This document shows positions 10,756-19,671 of a stretch of DNA of 34,952 bases, in pieces. How positions within the stretch are numbered: position 1 is the first letter of the stretch; each line of letters opens with the position of its first letter. A program made the position numbers and the translations under genes. Source of the DNA: Prasinococcaceae sp. CCMP 1430 (lineage: Eukaryota; Plantae; Prasinodermophyta); contig RQSC01001207.1 of the NCBI GenBank assembly GCA_013416795.1, forward strand, positions 114,350-149,301. The letters are read 5' to 3'. The notes below the pieces were generated by a model. That model did not search any database. It was given only the letters and a program-made list of their open reading frames with translations, and was not told where the DNA came from.

Positions 10756-11741
10756 GCACGATCGCGCGCCGACTACCAAGGGGCCGCCGGCGGCGACAGC
10801 CGCACGCGACCGTAGTGAACCGATCAAAGAGCGCCGCGCCATGCATGCAGTAACGCGGGGCCCCTCCGACTCCTGAAGACACCGACACCCGCGCCGCAGC
10901 GCACGCAGTGCGCACTGCTGCGCGCGATCGGCCACGCGGCGGCGGCGCCAGCGCTCGCACGCACACGCGCGCGAGCAGAAGGACGGCGCAGCGAGCCACG
11001 CGCGCGACCATAGAACAGATCGAGCGGCGATCGGCAACGCGTCACGCGTGGAGCAACGCGGCGCCACCGACCGACTCCTCGCACGCGTACTCGTGCGCGC
11101 GCGGTGCGACTGCGCTCCGCGCGCGATCGCGCGTGCCCCCAAAGTGCGACGCCCACCGCGGCGCGCGCTGCTCCGCGAAGGTCCAGTGTTAGATCGCCAC
11201 GCACCCCGAGCGGCCCTTGCCGAGGGGCGGCGCCTGCACGAAGCGCACGTAGAAGCGCCCTCTCCCCCCCCCCATACACACACGCACACACACACACGAA
11301 CTTACACACGCACACAACACGCGCGCCCACCCTCGCGACAGGCGCAACTCGGAGGCTACCGTGCGGAGCAGCTCCTGCGTTCCACCCGTGCTCTCGATGA
11401 GCTCCTGCCGCGCGCCCCGCGCCCCCACGCAGCGAGGGGCGCCTCGACGCCGCCCCGATCGGCCTTTCCAGCCCCCCCGCGGGCCCGCACACACACCACA
11501 CGCGCGCTCCCTCCCCGCCGGCGCCTGGGGGGGAGGCGCTGCGCGCAGGAGGAGCGCACGATGGCCACGTGCCCAAACCACTAACAAAAAACGAATCTGC
11601 GGTATCTCGCACGAATTACAACCAATTCCGCGAATTAGGCACTTACGGATGCATCATTCCCTTTAAGATGGCGCAGGCGAGCGAGTGAACCGATCGGCGA
11701 AATCGAATGCGCAACATACGATATTTCGCACACAAGAAATC

Positions 11742-11749
11742 AAACCCTA
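11742..11749 (+). promoter_or_regulatory. Telobox AAACCCTA
   Basis: Exact plant telobox octamer, 30 nt upstream of ATG 11779. Confidence 0.45.
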
Positions 11750-11778
11750 GTTGCACTTTTCGTCGGGTTTAACCCCAA

Positions 11779-12662
11779 ATGGATGGGATTCGAACCGCGG
11801 CTGGCGGCGGGCGCCACACTCTACCAACTGAGTTATACCCCCGCCTTCTCTGTCAAAGAGAAAGGGTGCCATGCCCGACGTTCGCGCCGCACGTCACGTT
11901 GCTCGGTGAGGCCTGGCGCCCCGCCGCGGCGCCGCGCGCGAGCGGGCGGGCTGCGGCGCTCGCTGACGCCCTCCCACGCCTTGCGACCCTCGTCCGCGCG
12001 CCGTCCTCGCTCGCACGCCCCCTCCCTGTTGCGCGTCTGCAGGCGGCTTTCCGTCCGAGTCCGATGATGCCGCTCTCAGCGCGACGCGCACGCTGTGCCA
12101 GGGGCTCGGCTCGGCCGATGGCCCCGCCTTCTGGGGGCTCGAGGTGCGAATGCCGAGCCCACGCGTATCGACGCGTGCACATGCGCGCGCGCGCTGCTTG
12201 AGCGCGTGCGCTCGCCGCGCGCGCGCGCGCTCACGCACCCACTCGCGCGTGCGCTCGCAGATTGAGCTGGACGCCCCAGAGGCGGGTGCGACGCACTTCC
12301 AGTGCGTGTACATGCGCGTGAAGACGCCCAACTCGGCGCTGGCTAAGGCAAACGCACTCGCGCAGAAGGCACTCATGCATGTGACTGGCGATGAGGGCGA
12401 CGGTGGGGGCGCGCTGGAGCTCGCCCCGTACCTGCCACACCTGAGCCTGGTGTACGGCGGCACGCTGGAGCAGGCCGAGCGCGCGGCGATCGTCGATGAG
12501 CTGCGCGGCGGTGCCACCGACGCCACGCCCACTGTACGCGCGCCTACGGAAGGCTTCGTCGCCAACGAAGTCTCGCTGTGGTACACCCCCGTGAAGGACC
12601 AGAGCACCGCCAGCTGGAGGGAGGTTGCGAAGGTTCGCATGGAGGGCGTCGACGGCGGGTAG
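11779..12662 (+). CDS. Cyclic phosphodiesterase (2H phosphoesterase, plant CPDase-like); join(11779..11905,12043..12143,12261..12662)
   Basis: Two 2H motifs, PTFAPHVTLLG and PYLPHLSLVYG, plus FQCVY and a C-terminal D.S..SWREVA as in Arabidopsis CPDase. Introns 11906-12042 (phase 1) and 12144-12260 (phase 0) keep frame. Start codon uncertain. Confidence 0.85.
11780..11842 (-). pseudogene. tRNA-derived relic (D-arm/A-box and T-loop/B-box intact; anticodon arm and acceptor stem degenerate)
   Basis: Minus strand reads GGGGGTA TA ACTC AGTTGGTA GAGT G TGGCG CCCGC CGCCA GCC GCGG TTCGAAT CCCAT CCA. It is only about 63 nt, has a 5-nt anticodon loop and lacks acceptor-stem pairing. Confidence 0.65.
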
Positions 12663-12837
12663 GGGATCGCAACGCACACGGCACGCGCGCGCTTGCGGGC
12701 GCTCCAACCCTCCGTCTCAGCAGGCAGGCAGCGCGCGACCGATAATACGAGCTGGCACGGCCACTTGGTACAATGCGGGCACAGGCCCCATTTAGAAATG
12801 ATACACACACGTATGGTAGTATGGTAGAGTGACGCAC

Positions 12838-15422
12838 TCATGCCTCCGCAGCGCCAGCGCCGTCGGCGGAGTACGCCGCGGTCGGAAGCAGCTTGTAGGC
12901 GGATATGCAGTCGAGCAGCCAGCTGCTGGTGAGGAGCTCAGCCTCAGCGCCGTAGCGCGCACGCGCCGCGCGCACCGAGGCCACCGTGAGCGGGGTGGGC
13001 ACGAGCACATGCAGGGGAGCACCCTCGAAGTCGGTGCCGCGCGCCTTGGCCTTCTCCTTGGCATTGAGAACACGCCCGCCGCACATGCGCGCGAGCTTCT
13101 CGGTGTCGGCCTGCGACGGAACGGCGTCCGCGTTGGCGCACACGACGAAACAGTGGCCATCGAGGATGGGCCTGCCCCCGGCGGCCGCGCGCTCGCGCGA
13201 GCGCAGCACGCCCCCGGACTGGTGCATGTCGCCGAGCACCACATGCGTGCGCGGGTCCGGCTCAAGCCACTTGCCGGCAGCGCGGCTGTCGCGAACCCAA
13301 TCGATGCCCACGACCCATTTGCCGGCCGCCTGCGCGCAAACAGACAAAGGCGTGCGCGCCGGGGCCATTTCGCGTTAGCACGTGCGCGCGCGCTCGCGAG
13401 AGAGAGAGAGAGAGAGAAGCGCGCGCCGCCAAGCGCACGTGCGCGCGAGCGCGCGTTCGGCGCGTGCCCGGAGGGACGCACCACCGCATTGAAGTACTTG
13501 AGGGTGCGCTTCGCCGCCATCAGCCGCGTCTCCTCCTTTTCAGGGTTAGGGGCGTCCGTCACGATGACGAGGTGCGTGGCGCTGGCGCCAGCGGCCTTCG
13601 CAGGTAAGACTTTTGCGTCCCCGAGCTCGTCGCATGCGGTCGCCAACAAGTCTTTGTCCTTCCTGGCCAGGTTAGACTGCTGCAGCACCACCTGGGCCTG
13701 CGTCTGCTTGCGCTGTCCACCCGATCGTCTCGACTTCGACTGCCCCTGCGTTGGCGTCCGTAGCTCGGCTGGCGCGCTCAGCCCGACTGGGCTCTTCGGG
13801 CGTGCCGGCGTCTTCGCTGCTGCGGATCGACGCGAAGCAACGCGAGAGGAGGATCCCTTGGCGCGCCTGCGGGTGCCACGTCGCTTGCTGTTGCTCGGGG
13901 GCGGGCTTGCCTGCGACGGCTGCACGCAGTCTGCATTCGCCCCTTCGTCGGCGACCGCCGGGGTGGCTGCGACAGGCGAGGCCGCGGTCTCCGGGACGGT
14001 GGTCGCTGCCAGCGCATCGGCATCGGGCGCACGGGTGGGGGCGACGCCAGCCCGCAATGGTGTCGCCTTTCGCCGCTTTGATGAACGCTCCGAGCTCCGG
14101 CCGCAGGCCGCTTGACTTGGTTGTGACGCGCTTGGGCTGTCGCGTTTCCGCTGTGAGGTGCGCTGCGATGATCGGCGCGTGCGCGGCACTGCTGTCGTCG
14201 GTGCCAGGTCATGCGCCTCGACAACTGGCAGCGTGGAAGGCTGTGGCGCACCTGCAGCCGGGATGGCGGGCTCAGACTCCAGCATCGTCTCGTCGGGATC
14301 GTCTACCGCCGCCGGGGGCGGCGATGGCTGCGCGGCCTCGCCCTTGGGAGGAGGTGCGAGTCGCTTGGTCTCAACGAGATTCTGCAGATCCTTGAAGCGC
14401 TGCCGCATCACAGTCACCTCCGCTTCAAGCTTGCGCACCTCCTGTGTCGTCGGGATGGGCTCACTCAGCGTTTCGGGCCCCTGCCCATCGTCGCGCGTGT
14501 CGTTCACTGCATCCGACACGCCATCGGCGGTGCACGCCTCGCCGCGCGCGCCCGGTGCGCGAGCGTGCATGCTCATCGCTGCGCGCTCGAGCGCCGTGAG
14601 CTCCGGCTCGGCGGGCGCCTCACTGCCGCTGTCAGCGACGGGCGAGCCGTTTTCGACTCCCGGGCTCGTGCTGTGAGGAAGCGGCGCGCGGGCGTCCTCC
14701 TGCGGCGCCAACGGGGTGGGCTCGACCACGTCGTCCGCCGTTGCCGCGCGCTCAGGAAGGCACGGATCCGGCTGCTCTTCTTTCGAAGGCGCTGCCTCAG
14801 GCTCGTCCTCTGGCGCCGACTCGCAAGGTCGCGCCGCCGCGTGCTCCTGCGATTCGCAGCCCCGCGCCGGCCCCAGCCCATTCTCTGCTGCCTTGGCGCA
14901 TTGCCCTTGTTGGTCTGCGTCATCCGCGCAGGGCCCTTGCGACTGCGGTTGCTGCTGCCCGTGGCCGCGCTGCTGTTCATGAACGAGCTCGCGCCCGCCT
15001 GCGAGCTGTTGCTGTTCCTGCGGGGGTGGCTCCTGTGGCTCGCGCTGCACTGCCAACCCGCCGCCCTCATGCATCATCTCCTGCAGCATTTCGAGGGCGC
15101 TGACTGCGCGATTTATCATCGGGCACGGTGCGAGATCGAGCACTGTGACGTTCGGCCCGCCGGGGCAGCGATCCGAGGGGCATGGCCGCGCCGTGTGCGC
15201 GCGAGCCCCCCCAACGCCCGCGCCCGCGTCGCGCTCCTCGGCGAGCGCCTCGCGGCCGCACGAGAGGCACATCGCGCAGCCGCACGGCAGCACGGCGGCG
15301 TCGCGCACGGTGCCGCCGCAAAGCGGGCAGAGCAGCGCGTCCGCCAGGCACGCCGCAACGGCGGCGTCGTTCGTCAGCGACGCCGCGCCCAGGCTGAGCC
15401 CCGCGCCCAGCGAGAGCGCCAT
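12838..15422 (-). CDS. BRCA1: BRCA1-like protein (RING, disordered middle, tandem BRCT); complement(join(12838..13329,13482..15422)), about 810 aa
   Basis: RING CPLC...PCGCAMCLSC...CPSDRC. BRCT1 THLV...KRTLKYFNAV|AAGKWVVGIDWV. BRCT2 ends SSWLLDCISAYKLLP. Intron is GTGCGT...CTAAC...CAG, phase 0. No ankyrin repeats seen, which argues against BARD1. Confidence 0.75.
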
Positions 15423-15540
15423 GCTCCCCTCAAGCCCCGCGGCCTTCAGCCCGGCCGCCTCGGCCGCCTCCCCAGCCCGCGGCCTGCCGAACACGCGACG
15501 CGGCGCCCGCCCTGTGGCGCCCGCCCGCGCGCGCGCGCGC

Positions 15541-15743
15541 GCGCGAAAGCGCCGCGTATTCGGAATTCGAAGCCGCGTTTTCCCGCACGAGAAAAGGAGG
15601 GATGTGTTCTGGGTTTCCCCCCCGAGTGTTGTGGATGAACCCGGGGAGAGAGCGTTTGTTGGGGCCGTCGATGTCTGATTTAAACCAGGTGTGCCCCCTC
15701 CCATTCCGGGATCATTCGAGTTTGGCTTCGGCTCCTTTCGCGC
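15541..15743. promoter_or_regulatory. Three E2F-consensus sites upstream of the BRCA1-like gene
   Basis: GCGCGAAA 15541-15548, TTTCCCGC 15579-15586 and TTTCGCGC 15736-15743 all match TTTSSCGC. Confidence 0.55.
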
Positions 15744-15942
15744 GCGCGCGTTAGCACCACAGCCCGCAGCCGCAGTGTGCGCACGCCGCCTCCCCACCGT
15801 TGAGGGGTGGGGGGTGGGGGATGGCAGCGGCGGCGGCGCCGAGGCGCACCCGGCATGTGCTGCTCGCGGGCGGCGCGCTGGTCCTCGCGGTGGCGGCGGC
15901 GGCGACGTCGCGGCCGCCGCCGCGCGAGCGGTTGGGGGCGCC

Positions 15943-18528
15943 ATGTCGGGCGTGCTGTCGGCGGCAACCTGCGCCCTCCGCCTCGCCGTCGCGGCCGCGC
16001 ATGCCGCCTCTCGGTGGCTGAGCGACACCGTGGTCTCCCTCGTTCTCTTGGTGGCATTCTTCTGTCAGGCTCCCCAACTGCTCGCCGCCGGCCTCTCGTG
16101 GTGCTTGACGAACGTCGTCCTGTTCCATCCGTTCTCGTTGGGCTGCGTCTCGTTGGCCTTCACCTTCAGCGCGTACACCGGTAGGCTGTACGTGCGGCTG
16201 GTGGCGGACGACGTCGGGTTCGGCAATCCGCCCGGCTTCCCGACGGGAAATTTTGTCACCGCGCGCAGGGTTGAAGCCGAGGCGAGCGTCTCTTTGGCCG
16301 CCTTCGTGGCGGCGCACTGGCGGCGCTTCGTCGCAGCGCCGGCGACCGCGGCGCGCCGCGCGCGGCAGGGCCTGTCCCCTGCCGATGACGCGCGCCTGCG
16401 TGCGGCGCGAGCAAAGACACGCGCCGCGCGCACGCAGTCGAGGTCAGCGGTGGAGGCGATGGCGAAGGCCCCGCTAACTGCAGGGCGCACATTGTTCGCG
16501 GGGGCGATCGCGCTGGCAAGTTCTGCGCATGCTGCGGCGTGGACTGTGACGATGGCGGTGAGGCGCGTCACGCGTGGCGCAGAGCGCGTTGGAGGGCGAA
16601 GCGCGATGGCGGCGGTTGCCGCAGTCGGCGGCGGTGGCCAGCCTGACGTGGACGGCGCCACGGCCGCAGCGCAGAGCCGAGCGCGCACGGAAGAACAAGC
16701 GTTTCTCGGATGCTTCCGCATCGAGCGTCTGCAGATACACGGCGTCGGCCTGTGCTTCGAGACCGGGCCTGGTGGCGAATTTAACGTCAACGGCGTGACG
16801 CGGAGCGTTGCGTGCGGTGACCTGCGGCGGCTGGGCGTCCTGGGTCACGATATGACGATGTGGCCGAACAAGGTCTGCGTGCACGTTCTGCGCGCGAGGG
16901 GACTGCTCGCTAATGACGTCGGCGGAACGTCAGACGTGAAACTCGTCATCCAGTGCCGGCACCACAAAGTCGTGACTGCCGTGCAGTACAAGACGCTGAG
17001 CCCGCTCTGGAATCAGTCGTTCGAGCTGTGCATGGCAGACCCGAGTGCAGTCGTGCATTTTGCGCTGTACGACGTCGGCATGGTGAGCAAAGACAAGCTG
17101 CTCGCCCAGTGGCACATTACCCTGAAGATGCTGCTCCTCAAACATGGAGGCAAGATGTCGGGGTGGCAGACGCTTCGGGACAGAAATGGCGTGCGCTACG
17201 CAGAGCCGACCTGCGGGGAAATTGACATTCGTCTTGAGTACGTCTACGAGGAGGGCTTCGTGGCACGCTCGCCCAAGCCACCCTCGCTGAGTGCCATGGC
17301 TCAGATGGACATGAACAGCCAGGAGACTGCGTGGCGGATCGCAGACTTTCAAAACGCGAAGCTCTTCCTGGACGAGCGCTTTCCCTATCTCTTCGACATC
17401 CGCGCCCTGGAAATCGATGACGTACACTTTCGCATGAAGGAGCTGTTCGCCCGTGGCTCGGAGGCCGCGGCAGAGCTCGACGAGCGCCAGCGCGCCGCCA
17501 ATGATGCCGATGAGGCGCACGACGTCGATGAAGGAGGTTTTGTCCTGTATGATGAGGGTGACGTTGTGCTGACCTCCCTCGGAAGGAAGGACGTGCGTAA
17601 GGAGCGCAAGAGGCGGCGGCCTGGCGAGCGCTCCCCGTCGTCCCGCCCCCGAGCCATCGACCGAGCGGTGGTGCACGTACCCCGCCTGGAGCTCACACGT
17701 CGGAAGCACTTTCGTCCGCGCCCTGACAGGCCTGGCTGCTCGGTCTGGGAGCTTCTCGCTGGCCTCACCGGCATCATTCCGCAGGTCATTCAGCCAGACG
17801 TGCTTGGCAGGGCAACGCATGCCATGCTGGCGGGTGTGCTCAGCCGCCCGCTCAGCCTCAAGGGCGCCACCGTTGCTGTGGGAGACCAATTCCTCAACTC
17901 GGTGGAACGCGCCGCGGGCGCCGCCGCGCACGCCGGCACACACCTCCGCGCCAAACTGGGTGGGAAGGTCGGCACGGCGGTCGGTGAGAGCAGTGGCGAC
18001 GACGCACTACAGTCAGCTTCGCTCGGCCCGACGGCCGCTCTCGTGCGCAAGCCGCGCGGGCGCCATCGGTGGAAGCGCCGGCTGCTTGAGAGGCGCGGCG
18101 CGTCTGTATTTTATAAGGGCGTGCGCAGCGGGGGAGACGACACGCCGACGCCGTGGCTGCGCAAGTTTGAACTCGGCGCCGTGACCTCTGTGGCAGTGCT
18201 GGTGTCGAGTGGGACCAGCGTCATCCAACTCATCGACGACGGGGGCGGCGACGGGGTGGGCCCGTCCCCTGCTGGGACGGAGGCGACTGCCAGTGGAGTG
18301 CACCGCAGAAGCACCGACCGCGCGTCGCAGCATGCTACAGAGGTCAAAATCGTTGGGATCGACGACGATGACGAGCTCGCTCTCGAGGTCGACCGCTGGC
18401 GCGAGGCGTTCGTCGCCGCCGTCGAGGCGGAGCGCGCCGCGAAGAGGCGGCGGGCGGAGGCGGGAGGGCGGGGTGCCGATCCTCGCGGCGTGGTCACGCG
18501 CATGCGTAGCTGGCTGCGCCTTGAATGA
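15943..18528 (+). CDS. Membrane-anchored protein with AsmA-like beta segments, a C2 domain and a putative PH domain
   Basis: N-terminal hydrophobic segment (VVSLVLLVAFFC). AsmA-like VADDVGFGNPPGF and RIERLQIHGVGLCFE...GEFNV. C2: VCVHVLRARGLLANDVGGTSDV...KTLSPLWNQSF...FALYD. PH-like RHRWKRRLL...SVFY...VDRWREAF. Single exon; start may lie further upstream. Confidence 0.7.
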   Translation: MSGVLSAATCALRLAVAAAHAASRWLSDTVVSLVLLVAFFCQAPQLLAAGLSWCLTNVVLFHPFSLGCVSLAFTFSAYTGRLYVRLVADDVGFGNPPGFPTGNFVTARRVEAEASVSLAAFVAAHWRRFVAAPATAARRARQGLSPADDARLRAARAKTRAARTQSRSAVEAMAKAPLTAGRTLFAGAIALASSAHAAAWTVTMAVRRVTRGAERVGGRSAMAAVAAVGGGGQPDVDGATAAAQSRARTEEQAFLGCFRIERLQIHGVGLCFETGPGGEFNVNGVTRSVACGDLRRLGVLGHDMTMWPNKVCVHVLRARGLLANDVGGTSDVKLVIQCRHHKVVTAVQYKTLSPLWNQSFELCMADPSAVVHFALYDVGMVSKDKLLAQWHITLKMLLLKHGGKMSGWQTLRDRNGVRYAEPTCGEIDIRLEYVYEEGFVARSPKPPSLSAMAQMDMNSQETAWRIADFQNAKLFLDERFPYLFDIRALEIDDVHFRMKELFARGSEAAAELDERQRAANDADEAHDVDEGGFVLYDEGDVVLTSLGRKDVRKERKRRRPGERSPSSRPRAIDRAVVHVPRLELTRRKHFRPRPDRPGCSVWELLAGLTGIIPQVIQPDVLGRATHAMLAGVLSRPLSLKGATVAVGDQFLNSVERAAGAAAHAGTHLRAKLGGKVGTAVGESSGDDALQSASLGPTAALVRKPRGRHRWKRRLLERRGASVFYKGVRSGGDDTPTPWLRKFELGAVTSVAVLVSSGTSVIQLIDDGGGDGVGPSPAGTEATASGVHRRSTDRASQHATEVKIVGIDDDDELALEVDRWREAFVAAVEAERAAKRRRAEAGGRGADPRGVVTRMRSWLRLE

Positions 18529-18648
18529 GACGCACTTTTTTGTTGTGCCTCGAAGCCGCCATCTGCAGACCTGCCTCGCCGCGCCGCCTCCCTTGCCCCC
18601 ATGTATGTACCTCAGGCCCGCACGCGCGGCACGAGGATGCCCGCAGGA

Positions 18649-19443
18649 TCACATGGAGTGTGAGTGCCCGCCGTCCACCCGGAGCTCGGTCGCCGTCACG
18701 AAGGAAGCGTCGGACGACAGGAGGAAGACGGCGGCGCGTGCGATCTCCTCCGCTTCGGCGTACCGCCCCAACGGTATGACCGAGGTCATCATCTCCCTCG
18801 TCGCCTCCATACCGGCTTCGTCCATGCCCGTCGTCTCCCAAAAGGACGATTCACTCGCGCCTGGTGCCAGCGCGTTGACGCGAATTCCCTTCGGGGCTAG
18901 CTCGCTCGCCAGGCAGCGCGACATCGAGTCGGCCGCCGCTTTGGTGACGTTGTAGAGAAAGGAGACCCTGCTCATATGCGCCGCGATGCTCGTGTTGACG
19001 ACCACGCTGGCGCCTGGCGACCTGAGCATCCCTTCGAATGCCTGGGCCGTCCACAGCACCCCATTGACATTCGGACCGAACACAGCTTGCACGTGACCCT
19101 CGTCGAGCTCGGAGAGAGGGAGCCCCCAACTCGTTCCGGGCGTTCCGGCGTTGATGAAAAGGCAGTCGATGATGGGATAGTCGGCCTTGAGCGAGTCGGC
19201 CAGCGCGTGGCACGCGCTCTTGCTCGACGCGTCGCACACGCGGCCGACGACGACGTATGGCGTGTCGACGCCTTGGACTTCCGCAAGCACTTTGTCGACT
19301 GCCTCGTCCACTCTCGCTTGGGTGCGCCCCGTGATGACTACCACGGCAGCACCTTCCTTGATGCACTCCTTGGTCGTCGCGAAGCCGATCCCCGACGTGC
19401 CGCCGGTGATGACGCACACCTTGCCGGGCAGGCGCGGCCCCAT
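18649..19443 (-). CDS. Classical short-chain dehydrogenase/reductase
   Basis: GKVCVITGGTSGIG (TGxxxGIG), FINAG, catalytic YNVTK, IRVNALAPG, GR...EEIARAAVFLLSSDASFVT...VDGG. Intronless, ATG 19443. Confidence 0.93.
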   Translation of the reverse strand: MGPRLPGKVCVITGGTSGIGFATTKECIKEGAAVVVITGRTQARVDEAVDKVLAEVQGVDTPYVVVGRVCDASSKSACHALADSLKADYPIIDCLFINAGTPGTSWGLPLSELDEGHVQAVFGPNVNGVLWTAQAFEGMLRSPGASVVVNTSIAAHMSRVSFLYNVTKAAADSMSRCLASELAPKGIRVNALAPGASESSFWETTGMDEAGMEATREMMTSVIPLGRYAEAEEIARAAVFLLSSDASFVTATELRVDGGHSHSM

Positions 19444-19628
19444 CGCCGCGTGACTCCCCGCCGCCGTCGCGGCCTGTCGCGGTTCACCCTTGTCGGCGGA
19501 GCGCGGTGTGGCGCCGCGGGCGACGCGCGTGCCCGCACTCGCTGCCAACGGCGGCGGCGCCGCCGGTCCCACACACGCGCACTCCCTCGCGTGCTTTTAC
19601 ATTTGTAAAATGACATACAAAAACGCAG

Positions 19629-19640
19629 ACACGTGACGTG
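19629..19640. promoter_or_regulatory. G-box/ACGT-core pair (ACACGTGACGTG) in a divergent intergenic island
   Basis: Motif read directly between the SDR and the Trp-rich gene. bZIP/bHLH binding is only inferred. Confidence 0.3.
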
Positions 19641-19671
19641 AAATACAGATTCCGTGATTCAATGGAGTTTG

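Noticed and set aside
8619-10853. 744-aa plus-strand ORF and many similar Arg/Ala/Pro-rich ORFs
   Set aside because: Antisense shadows expected at high GC; no motifs, and they span an N gap.
10830-11660. Possible minus-strand multi-exon gene (ELIESTGGTQELLRTVASELRL; RFYVRFVQAPPLGKGRSG)
   Set aside because: I could not build a frame-consistent exon chain with start and stop, and recognised no family.
11760-11860. Functional or circularly permuted tRNA
   Set aside because: The D and T arms are in normal order, the anticodon loop is 5 nt, the acceptor and T stems do not pair, and no complementary half or BHB motif was seen nearby.
15691-16028. Long N-terminal extensions of the BRCA1-like and C2 ORFs overlapping each other
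   Set aside because: They arise from GTG/TTG starts in the shared promoter region; homology begins only after ATG 15422 and ATG 15943.
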